Source of the DNA: Phormidium sp. | GTDB lineage: Bacteria > Cyanobacteriota > Cyanobacteriia > Cyanobacteriales > Aerosakkonemataceae | NCBI GenBank assembly: GCA_051013385.1 | Contig: CP143273.1 | Coordinates: 192,001 to 256,000, forward strand | Direction: 5' to 3' | DNA: 64,000 nt | Part shown: in pieces, positions 1-8,646 of the stretch | Numbering within the stretch: position 1 is the first letter of the stretch | How the letters are laid out: each line of letters opens with the position of its first letter | Notes under the pieces: model-generated | What the model saw: the letters and a program-made list of their open reading frames with translations, nothing else | Told to the model about the DNA's origin: nothing | The model's database searches: none | Program-made: the position numbers and the translations under genes

Positions 1-78
1 TAGATTGGGATGGCGATCGACTTCACAACCGGGAGCAAAAAGATTTTAATTAATATGTCGTTTTTATTCAAAACCCAA

Positions 79-1075
79 CTATTTACGTTTTTTACTAGTA
101 GGGAATTTAGGAGATGATTTGCGTGGTTTAGCAATCACACCATCTTGAATTTCGCCATATACTTTCGACCACCAATGTTGTTGAGAAGTCCACCAAAAAG
201 CCACATCTTTACAACGCTCTTTTCTATTTTGAGCATTAGAACATCTCAGCATAGTTTTGGCTTCTCCAGTCTTCTTATCAGCATAGCTAAATTTTTCCAA
301 TGGAGAACTACAAACCGGACAAAGAATCTCTGTCAAATTATCTGCAACGGAAGTAACGGATGGTTTAGATTGTTGTTGGGAATAAGGTAATTCATAATTG
401 CCAGAACGTTCATTTTTGAACATTACAGCACCACATCCATTTTGGCGGGAATCACAACTCAAAAAATGACCAGCTTTAACTTTAGCTGATTTGGATGGCA
501 CTTTCACCATTTGTTTACCACACTTAGGACACTGAATATTAGTTATTTCCTGAGTTTTTTTCGTGGAAGTCTTTTGCTTAGTTTCTTTAGTTTGCTGAGT
601 TAAAGTTGGTTTGATTTGGGGAATTTGGGCAATAGCTTTTTCCAATGCTGGGGCAAAATACTGTTGATTCCAGCTTGTTAGATAATTTTCCCAGTTAAGT
701 TTGCCAGCTGCGATCGCATCTAGTTGCTGTTCCATATTAGCAGTAAACTCACTGCTAATTAAGTCAGGCAAAACCTGTGCTAAGAAAGCATCTAATTCTC
801 GACCAAGTTGTGTAGGTTGTAATTTACCTTTAGTTAGTTGCACATATTCACGCTCTTTAAGAGTCTTAATTGTGGGAGAATAAGTACTCGGTCTACCAAT
901 ACCTTGACGTTCCATTAATTGTACAAGTTTTGGTTCAGTGTAACGTGGTGGTGGTTGCGTTTGCTTTTTCTCCGAATCAGCTTCTTTTAAACGCAAAATT
1001 TGCCCTTGTTGTACTAATTCATATAATTTAGCTTCATCTGCACTTAAAGTATTGTGCATTTGTTCTGGTAATCGG
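79..1075 (-). pseudogene. topA: Type IA DNA topoisomerase, C-terminal fragment (5' truncated, internally deleted)
   Basis: PPPRYTE..L...ME..GIGRPSTY motif and C4 zinc ribbons. TOPRIM and catalytic-Tyr regions are absent; KLYEL is joined directly to VQQGQ. Confidence 0.8.
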
Positions 1076-1641
1076 TAGCAACTATCGTCAGTTAGCTTCC
1101 CAAGTTCAGCTACTTCACTCCTGCCACCATGCCGAATCGCGTCTTGACAAGCCACTAGAATCAATACTAAAACTGGGAGATGGGACACTAACACTGGGAG
1201 AACTGCTTACTCCAGGTTGGCGACTTCCAAACCTCTCGGATGTATTCCTCTCCTGCTGTGAGACAAATTTAGGAGTTCCTGAATCTCTGGCTGATGAAAT
1301 TCTTACCCTCTCTACGGGCTTTTTGTGCGCTGGGGCAAGAAGCGTTATCAGTACACACTGGTCTGTAGATGACTTGGCTACAGCCCTGTTTTCTATTTTC
1401 TATTATCAGCATCGAAAAGAAGGTAAAAGTCGTCCAGAAGCTTTGCAGCAAGCCCAGAAAAAATTGCGATCGCTAACCCAAGAAGATATCAAATCACTCT
1501 CTCAAAAGCTACAAACCAAGCGTCAAGAGGCCAGAAAACAGCGTAATCAACATCCGCCTGGTTCAGCAGATTATTTGAAATGGGATGGTGAATATCGCAA
1601 GTACGCTGGAGTAACACTTAAGATTGATAAAGTCAAAACTT
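1076..1641 (+). pseudogene. CHAT (caspase-like) domain protein, C-terminal fragment
   Basis: Open frame NYRQLASQVQLLHSCHHA...VFLSCCETNLG...GFLCAGARSVISTHWSVDD with no 5' end; cut at the 3' side by the IS end at 1642. Confidence 0.8.
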
Positions 1642-2968
1642 CAGGGGGCGACAACGAAGCTAGAGAGGTTGGTGGATCAGGGTTATAGCTCTCAAACCTC
1701 GTTGATAAAATGATTTTTTATTGGGCGTATAATTAAGCATTTCCTCGACCCATGACTGGCAGGAGTAAAAAGCGGTTAACCAATTTTCCCCATAAAGACC
1801 TATCCAAAAGTTGCTATGTCTCCTTCGACTTCTACCAGGCTCTTGAATCCGACAAACATATTTTTGTTGTCCTTGTAGCTTAGTTCTTTTACCTTGCAAC
1901 CAAGCGGAAGTCATCGCCAAAGCGATTAATAAAATTAAGCTAATTAATCTATTAGGTGATGCTTGAGAAGCTTCCAGATTATAACCACCTGTTTTGCAAT
2001 CTTTAAACATGGCTTCGATGCCATAACCTTGACGATAAACACGAATTGCACTTTTTAAATCCGGGAGATTAGTCAACAAATACCAAGGCTCTTTCTCTGG
2101 TTCATTTTTATATTTTTTCTTCCAGGAAACGGCTAAATTAAATCGATTAAAGCCCTTGTTCTGCGTGAAACTAATATGCTCGTAGAATAAATGAATACCT
2201 GGTTGAATCGGGATAGTGCTAAAAGGTTGGAACTTCTGTCTTTTTTGGCGGAAAGTAGTGGTGCATTTTTGCCGAAGTACGAAGCCCAGATGCTGACGGT
2301 GTAACCATTGCGCTAGTTCTATACTCTGAAACTCTCTATCCCCAATAATCACTAATTTATATTTGCTTAATAATCGGATTACTGGACGTAATACTTGTTT
2401 TTGTTCCGCGAAGTTACAAGCTCCTTTTTTATCTAACAACATCCAAAATATGGGGAAAGCTCTTTTTTGATGAATCACACTCACCATCAAAACATTATTT
2501 TCTTTCCACTGCGTTCTGTCCAAAGCGATAATCAGTTGGCTTCCCGGCTTTATTTGACGAGATATTACTTCTTTAATAATCGGAAACCACAGCGCCAATA
2601 CGCTTAATTTGCGTAAAGATAAGAAACGCTGAATATGACGACGACGGCTATTTTCTAGAATCGGTAACGGTAAGGTTGCTGCCAGTCTTTCTATCCTGAC
2701 TTGTTTTTGAGACTGTAATAACCACACTAGCATCTTTAAGGTAATCAACTGTGCTGGCAAAAGATATCTTTCCAGGTATTTCTGATAGAATGATGGCATC
2801 ATTTTGATACTGGTCTTGTGAAATTAACTAGAGCTTTCCTTATTTATCACAATTTGCGACTTTTTTCTCTATCAAGAGCCTGTTCTCAATAAGTCATGAT
2901 TTTTTCGACCGGGTTTGAGCCACCAAACCCTTAGCCTGTATTGGTTCGGGGGCGCTTGTCGCCCCCTG
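1642..2968 (-). mobile_element. IS4-family insertion sequence
   Basis: 13-bp perfect terminal inverted repeats CAGGGGGCGACAA (1642) and TTGTCGCCCCCTG (ends 2968) enclose a DDE transposase; no matching target duplication. Confidence 0.9.
1660..2802 (-). CDS. IS4-family DDE transposase
   Basis: ALDRT, GDREF, WYLLTNL and Y..G...IE.MFKDCK motifs. Confidence 0.9.
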   Translation of the reverse strand: MMPSFYQKYLERYLLPAQLITLKMLVWLLQSQKQVRIERLAATLPLPILENSRRRHIQRFLSLRKLSVLALWFPIIKEVISRQIKPGSQLIIALDRTQWKENNVLMVSVIHQKRAFPIFWMLLDKKGACNFAEQKQVLRPVIRLLSKYKLVIIGDREFQSIELAQWLHRQHLGFVLRQKCTTTFRQKRQKFQPFSTIPIQPGIHLFYEHISFTQNKGFNRFNLAVSWKKKYKNEPEKEPWYLLTNLPDLKSAIRVYRQGYGIEAMFKDCKTGGYNLEASQASPNRLISLILLIALAMTSAWLQGKRTKLQGQQKYVCRIQEPGRSRRRHSNFWIGLYGENWLTAFYSCQSWVEEMLNYTPNKKSFYQRGLRAITLIHQPL

Positions 2969-3418
2969 AACAGTATTACTCTTACCGCCATCTTTGTCGT
3001 CAGCAACGCCTTTTAATTGATATTTCCCAGGAGTCAAATCACGAATCGAATAGTTGAACCATCCCCAGCGTTCATCCTTACTATAAGTATTAAACTTAGT
3101 CGCTGTTTGGATATCTTCTTTCGAGTCGCCAATCTTGTGCAGCGAGAATTCCACTTTATCTAAATCACTAGCACCACTAGCATCAAACACCCAAGCATCC
3201 TTGAGGCGAACGGATGTATTTTTATAGTATTCTTCCTGGGTAGTGCTGAATTTTAAATGTTTCGGTGCAGGATTTTTCTTGCTATTTTCTCCACCTGCAT
3301 TTTCTGGTAAATCTAACGGCGCAGTCGGTTCTTGTTCTAATCCCGATAATGTTTTAGGTAGCGTTACAGTTGGGTTGAGTTTATCTCCATCAACAGGCGA
3401 TTCCCATAATTTATCAAC
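2969..3418 (-). pseudogene. Fragment of a probable large extracellular/Ig-like domain protein, truncated by the IS
   Basis: Open frame VDKLWESP...DAWVFDASGASDLDKVEF...PGKYQLKGVADDKDGGKSNTV ends at the IS terminus and lacks a proper start. Confidence 0.5.
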
Positions 3419-3629
3419 TTATCGCCGCAAATTTAAGAATTTTCATCGAAAATTCATTGAGTCAAAATAATTTGCTAAAATAGCGATTCTCTGGGCTAAT
3501 TTAGCTTGATATTTATCGGTTTTTACGGAAATTATTAAAGAGAAAATTCAGGGTATTATATAGTTAAAGTAATTTAACTGAAGGTCATTTCGCAGCTAAG
3601 TATTTTCACTAAATATTTGGGTGAAAAAA

Positions 3630-3678
3630 GTACGTTGTTGTGCTTGATCACTAGTGGCGCTGAAGCGCAACAACGTAC
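3630..3678. repeat. REP-like palindrome, family GTACGTTGTTG(C/T)GCT...AGCGCAACAACGTAC
   Basis: Related copies at 16920-16985, 23907-23959, 49168-49223, 50736-50801; variant at 20220-20306. Confidence 0.85.
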
Positions 3679-3686
3679 TTAGAAAG

Positions 3687-5414
3687 TTAATACTTTCTTT
3701 CTTGGGGTTCAAACATGGTGATACTCACGGGTTTATATTGAATATCAATGCCTGCTGGAGAATAGTAAGCTAAGGTATGTTTGAGGAAGTTGCTATCATC
3801 TCTTTCGGGAAAATCTTCTCGATAATGAGCACCGCGACTTTCTTGACGGTTTAAGGCAGAGGATAAGATTAATTCTCCCACAATCATCAAGCTACGAAGT
3901 TCGATGGCTTCCATAATTTCCGTATTCCAAACTGTCCCCTTATCGTCAAGATAAATATTGTCGTATTGTGCTTTTAACTGTTGCAATTGGTTTAATCCTT
4001 CTTGCATTAATTCCGCAGTACGAAATACGCCACAATATTGAGTCATGCAATCTTGGAAAGTTTGGCGCAATTTGGCAATTCGGATTTCTCCCTTTTGCTC
4101 AAAAAGAGATTGAATTTGTTGTTTTGCTTGAGCTAAATATGGTCTTTCGTTCAGTTCGGGGAGTTTCCGATTTTGGACATATTGTGCGATCGCAGCCCCA
4201 GTTCTTCTGCCATATACAACACATTCCAACAACGAGTTACTTCCCAAACGATTCGCACCATGAACCGAAACACAAGCAGCTTCACCCGCAGCAAAGAAAC
4301 CTTCTACCAAACTATCAGCACTACTGCGAACTTGACCATCAGTATTAACCGGAATTCCACCCATTGAATAATGTGCAGTGGGACGCACAGGCATGGGTTT
4401 TTCTACCGCATCAATTCCTAATAATCGATGTGCTTCTTCCCACGCAAAGGGAATGCGACTCATGATTTTTTCCCTTCCCATCTGGCGCAAATCCAAGAAG
4501 ACAAAAGGCCCTCCGCAGCTACCATCAGGATGGATACCTCTAAGAGCGCGGATTTCCAAACCGATCGCTCTTGAGGTAATATCACGAGGAGCAAGTTCCA
4601 TTCTGCTAGGGGCGTAAGTTGCCATGAAGCGATCGCCATTACAATTAATTAAATAAGCACCCTCGCCTCTTACTGCTTCCGAAATTAACACACCTACCGG
4701 ATACAAACCAGTCGGGTGAAACTGCACAAACTCCATATCCTCCAACGGAACACCCGCCAAAGCAGACATTGCCAAACCATCACCAGTCGAGGCATAGTCA
4801 TTAGAAGTAGTATTAAACGCCCGACCATAACCACCAGTAGCAAACATGATAACTTTGGCACGGGCAACTTGCATCTCGCCATCCCGAATGCGGTACATGA
4901 CAACGCCTTTCGCTTGTCCTTCCTCCAAAATTAACCGCATCACATACCATTCGTCGTAAATATGCACGCCGTAGCGACGGAGATTATTCACTAATTCGTG
5001 TAAGATGGCATGACCTGTTTTATCAGCAGCGTAACAGGTGCGACGATGGGAATGTCCGCCGAAAGCACGTTGGGCGATGCGACCATCAGGCAACCGCGAG
5101 AATAACACACCCATGTGTTCCAAGTCAATCAGCACATCTGGCGCTTCACGGGTGAGAAGTTCTACCGCATCTTGGTCTGCTAAATAATCGGAACCTTTGA
5201 CAGTATCAAAAGCATGAGCTTTCCAAGTATCTTCCAAGTCTACATTATTCAGAGTAGCGGCGATACCACCTTGAGCGGCGACAGAGTGAGAACGAATCGG
5301 GTGAGTTTTAGCGATTACAGCTACATTTAATTTTGGATCGGTCCGGGCAATTTCCACAGCGGCGCGACACCCAGCTAATCCCCCACCAATAATAATGACA
5401 TCGTGTTCTAACAT
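3687..5414 (-). CDS. sdhA: Succinate dehydrogenase/fumarate reductase flavoprotein subunit
   Basis: GGGLAG FAD-binding motif, RSHSVAAQGG, QFHPT, HGANRLGSNSL; start placed at ATG 5414. Confidence 0.95.
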   Translation of the reverse strand: MLEHDVIIIGGGLAGCRAAVEIARTDPKLNVAVIAKTHPIRSHSVAAQGGIAATLNNVDLEDTWKAHAFDTVKGSDYLADQDAVELLTREAPDVLIDLEHMGVLFSRLPDGRIAQRAFGGHSHRRTCYAADKTGHAILHELVNNLRRYGVHIYDEWYVMRLILEEGQAKGVVMYRIRDGEMQVARAKVIMFATGGYGRAFNTTSNDYASTGDGLAMSALAGVPLEDMEFVQFHPTGLYPVGVLISEAVRGEGAYLINCNGDRFMATYAPSRMELAPRDITSRAIGLEIRALRGIHPDGSCGGPFVFLDLRQMGREKIMSRIPFAWEEAHRLLGIDAVEKPMPVRPTAHYSMGGIPVNTDGQVRSSADSLVEGFFAAGEAACVSVHGANRLGSNSLLECVVYGRRTGAAIAQYVQNRKLPELNERPYLAQAKQQIQSLFEQKGEIRIAKLRQTFQDCMTQYCGVFRTAELMQEGLNQLQQLKAQYDNIYLDDKGTVWNTEIMEAIELRSLMIVGELILSSALNRQESRGAHYREDFPERDDSNFLKHTLAYYSPAGIDIQYKPVSITMFEPQERKY

Positions 5415-5541
5415 TCTCAAGTTTTAGATTCAGATTTTCTTCTTTATCTATGGTTACTCACAAAAAAAATTCCCCGCAAAATGCAGGGAAATTCTTTATA
5501 TAGCAGAAGGGAAGAAAGGCTAAAGGGTAAAATTTTCAGAT

Positions 5542-5632
5542 GTAGGGGCGGGTTTAGCAGATAACCTTTTAATGCCAGTAAAAGAATTAAAACAAAACCC
5601 GCCCCTCTGCCCCTCTGCCCCTCTGCCCCTTC
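5542..5632. repeat. REP-like pair GTAGGGGCGGGTTT...AAACCCGCCCCT followed by GCCCCTCT tandem repeats
   Basis: Same family at 59018-59080 and 62970-63032. Confidence 0.8.
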
Positions 5633-5944
5633 TCAAGTAGCTTCAGCAGGTTTTGCTTTAGGTAAATTTACCGGACTAGTGCGTGTACTTTCTGTGGCAT
5701 CAATGGGTTTAAATTCAATGTGATTTAATAGAGTGGTGACGAAAGCAAAAAGTAAGAAGGGTAGAGACAGAACTACGATTAGTCCAACAGCAGCTAAAGC
5801 GTAAATTTGGCGACTAGTACTCCATAATGCTAAAGCAGAGGCTAAAGAGAGGAAAATTACAATTAACCAAACTACTATTTGACCGTAAATATCGCCAAAG
5901 GTAAGAGTGCAAACCATCCGATACTTTTGTATCTCATTCGCCAT
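5633..5944 (-). CDS. Small membrane protein of a conserved cyanobacterial type
   Basis: 103-aa ORF with two hydrophobic helices and a CTLTFGDIYGQI motif. Confidence 0.75.
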   Translation of the reverse strand: MANEIQKYRMVCTLTFGDIYGQIVVWLIVIFLSLASALALWSTSRQIYALAAVGLIVVLSLPFLLFAFVTTLLNHIEFKPIDATESTRTSPVNLPKAKPAEAT

Positions 5945-6139
5945 GATCTGATCCTCGTAATATTGCTATAAATTTCTACATTAAAGTTTGAATTAGGGTT
6001 TGGTTGATTTTTCAAGATTTTTTTAAATATTTGCAATATAACTTTACAATTTGTTGAAGGTTTGTCAGGAAATAAAATTAATTTAAAGTAGGCAAAAGTA
6101 TCAATTATTACTGAACATTAGGGAAGTGATTTACTAGAT

Positions 6140-6859
6140 ATGAGATTATTTCATCCAGCGACGATTAAACGCTACAGTAAAGTAGGATTGTTTAGCTTAA
6201 TTGCGATCGACACCATCCTCGCTCTAATCTATTTTATTAGTGCTTTAACTACAGGCAAACCTTTAGGGGTTTTTAATTTCGATCGCCAATGGTCAATCCC
6301 TGTAATCTATTCAGCAATTCAACTTCTTCTAATTGGAATTTGCTTAGTAATTGCAGCTTTCCGAAAAAAGCGTTCTGCACCGCTTCCTTCCCGTTGGTTC
6401 CTCTTAGCCGTAGGTGTAGGATTTCTCGATTTATTCATCGAAAAACTGTTTAAATTTCACTCCTCCGAATTACCAAAGTTCCTCAATTCTTTAGCTTGGA
6501 TGCCTCGATTTCCCGGTGGGGGTGGTGCTTGGATATTTGTCTATGTACCAGCAGGAATTATCATCATCTTGCTTGGTTATCGGGACTTAATTGCACTTTG
6601 GAAAGCTTATCCTAAAGGAACATTTATTACAATATTAGGAGTCGCCCTTTCATTTGCTGGCGGAGTATTTTTAGATTTTATCTATTACTTATTTTTGCAA
6701 GTTAAATTCGCGCAAATGGCAGAAAATGGCAACTCGTTAGCCTTGATTTTATCTACTTTAAAAATCACCATTGAGGAATTTTTAGAAATGTTTGGCGAAA
6801 GTATCACTCTCTACGGTTTGAGTTTATTTTTAGTGAAGCGATTAGAACGCAATATTTAA
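6140..6859 (+). CDS. Multi-pass membrane protein, unknown function
   Basis: About 6 hydrophobic segments; C-terminal EEFLEMFG. Confidence 0.75.
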   Translation: MRLFHPATIKRYSKVGLFSLIAIDTILALIYFISALTTGKPLGVFNFDRQWSIPVIYSAIQLLLIGICLVIAAFRKKRSAPLPSRWFLLAVGVGFLDLFIEKLFKFHSSELPKFLNSLAWMPRFPGGGGAWIFVYVPAGIIIILLGYRDLIALWKAYPKGTFITILGVALSFAGGVFLDFIYYLFLQVKFAQMAENGNSLALILSTLKITIEEFLEMFGESITLYGLSLFLVKRLERNI

Positions 6860-6895
6860 TTCAAAAAACGGATTCTGCTATAATAGAAGCCATTG

Positions 6896-7012
6896 TACCA
6901 AATCTGGCTTAAATACCCCCGTTATTCTTTAGTCCGCGTAGGCGGACTTTGTTTGTGTAGAGGTGATTTCAATCGCCCAATTATATAGGAGGTAGCTAAC
7001 CCGGATTTGGTA
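6896..7012. mobile_element. MITE-like element with internal hairpin
   Basis: Ends TACCAAATCTGG / CCGGATTTGGTA; internal AGTCCGCGTAGGCGGACT hairpin; lies between a TGCTATAAT -10 box and the TA operon. Confidence 0.6.
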
Positions 7013-7061
7013 TTATTTGCACTTTTGCGGATTTTAAATCGTTTAATTTGGAGGTTATAAG

Positions 7062-7307
7062 ATGAGTTTAATTATTTCTGATGACATCGTAAAAGCGAGT
7101 GGATTATCTGAAGATAAGTTACTAATAGAAGTGATTTTGATGTTATTTCAGCAGGAAAAAATAACTTTAGGAAAAGCCGCCGAATTATTAAATACATCTC
7201 AAATTAGCTTTCAGAAATTGATAGCAGAACGCGGGATTAACATTCATTATGATGTAGATGAATTGCAAGAAGATATCCAGCACTTAAAAGCCAAAGGATG
7301 GCTATGA
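7062..7307 (+). CDS. UPF0175-family antitoxin
   Basis: LFQQEKITLGKAAELL HTH-like motif; GGAGG RBS; overlaps the downstream PIN gene. Confidence 0.85.
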   Translation: MSLIISDDIVKASGLSEDKLLIEVILMLFQQEKITLGKAAELLNTSQISFQKLIAERGINIHYDVDELQEDIQHLKAKGWL

Positions 7308-7804
7308 TTATTGTCAGCGATACATCTCCCATCAATGGATTAGCAATAGTGGGTTATCTTTCATTATTGCAACAACTTTATGAACGGGTGTTAATTCCTC
7401 CTGCGGTTGCAGATGAACTGAGGCGAGGGGGTGAGGATGATTCGCGGATTATAGATGCCTTATCCTTGGATTGGATTGAGGTTTATCAACCAAGCGATTA
7501 CCAACTGGTGGAAACCCTACAAACAGAATACAATTTAGATCGGGGAGAATCAGAAGCTATTGCACTAGCCTTGGAACTCAATGCAGAAGAATTGTTGATT
7601 GATGAACGATTAGGACGTAGGCAAGCTATCCGTTTGGGGCTGTCTATTACGGGTTTATTGGGTATTTTGCTGGTAGCTAAACGTCGGGGATTAGTGAGAG
7701 AAATTCGACCCATAATCGATAATTTAATTGAGCAAGCAAGCTTTCGGGTGAGCGATTCTTTATATATAGAGGTATTGGCGGCAGCTAGTGAAACTAGCGA
7801 CTAA
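7298..7804 (+). CDS. PIN-domain toxin (DUF3368-like)
   Basis: VSDTSP, LDRGESEAIALA, LLIDERLGR. Confidence 0.85.
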   Translation: MAMIIVSDTSPINGLAIVGYLSLLQQLYERVLIPPAVADELRRGGEDDSRIIDALSLDWIEVYQPSDYQLVETLQTEYNLDRGESEAIALALELNAEELLIDERLGRRQAIRLGLSITGLLGILLVAKRRGLVREIRPIIDNLIEQASFRVSDSLYIEVLAAASETSD

Positions 7805-7871
7805 CTAAGAAACTGGGTTTATGCCATAATTAAGGTATTCCTACCTCAAAGGAAAGGAGATTTAAAAAATA

Positions 7872-8102
7872 ATGAAGGACTCAGAAGTTAGATATATCAC
7901 AGATTCTCATGGCAACCAAACGGCGGTAGTGATTCCCATTGATTTATGGAGGAAAATTCTACCGGAAGATAGTCAGTCTATCGAAACAATAACTGAAAGT
8001 ATTGAAGATTATTGCTTGAATAAAGCCATGAATGAGGCAAAAGAAACTCCTTTGCTCAGTCGGGAACAAGCTCTTGAATCTTTAGCGGAGGCGGAGGATT
8101 GA
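7872..8102 (+). CDS. Putative antitoxin
   Basis: YITDSHGNQTAVVIP, EDYCLNKAM; acidic; precedes a RelE-like remnant. Confidence 0.7.
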   Translation: MKDSEVRYITDSHGNQTAVVIPIDLWRKILPEDSQSIETITESIEDYCLNKAMNEAKETPLLSREQALESLAEAED

Positions 8103-8203
8103 ATATTGAGTATAGAACTCTATTTTTGAGGGATTTGAAGAAGCTGAAAGAACAAGAGATTTATTCGTCTATTTATGAATTAGTCTGGGGAACAAAACTA
8201 TGA
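8099..8203 (+). pseudogene. Truncated RelE/ParE-like toxin
   Basis: TTG overlapping the antitoxin stop gives NIEYRTLFLRDLKKLK..., then a stop after about 34 codons. Confidence 0.6.
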
Positions 8204-8388
8204 AAGGGATTCAATTTGTTGTGAATGAGGCGGGGGAAAAGCAGGCGGTATTGATTGATTTAGCCCAGTGGGGTGAGTTGTGGGAAGATTTTTATGATTT
8301 GTTGGTAGCCCATACTCGTCAGGATGAGGAAGAGGTTTCTTGGCAGGATCTTAAGCAAGAAATCGAGGCTCAAGCTAATGACAAATGA
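8200..8388 (+). CDS. Putative antitoxin
   Basis: IQFVVNEAGEKQAVLID...WEDFYD; overlaps the RelE start. Confidence 0.7.
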   Translation: MKGIQFVVNEAGEKQAVLIDLAQWGELWEDFYDLLVAHTRQDEEEVSWQDLKQEIEAQANDK

Positions 8389-8644
8389 GGATTATACAAT
8401 CCGTTTTAAAAACTCTGCGGCTAAGGAGTTGAGATCGCTAGATATCAATCTTCAGGTACGCATTGGCGAGGAGATAGATCGCTTAACTTTAAAACCTCGT
8501 CCAGAAGGTGTGGTGAAGTTGAAAGGGAGCGATTTTTATCGGATTCGGATCGGTGATTATCGGGTGGTTTATATTATCGATGATCAGGAGAGGATAGTGC
8601 GGATCGTGCGGGTGAGGCATCGGCGGGATGCCTATCGTGGTTAG
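8378..8644 (+). CDS. RelE/ParE-family toxin
   Basis: SAAKEL, KLKG, YRIRIGDYRVVY, VRHRRDAY; start placed at ATG 8378. Confidence 0.85.
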   Translation: MTNEDYTIRFKNSAAKELRSLDINLQVRIGEEIDRLTLKPRPEGVVKLKGSDFYRIRIGDYRVVYIIDDQERIVRIVRVRHRRDAYRG

Positions 8645-8646
8645 TT

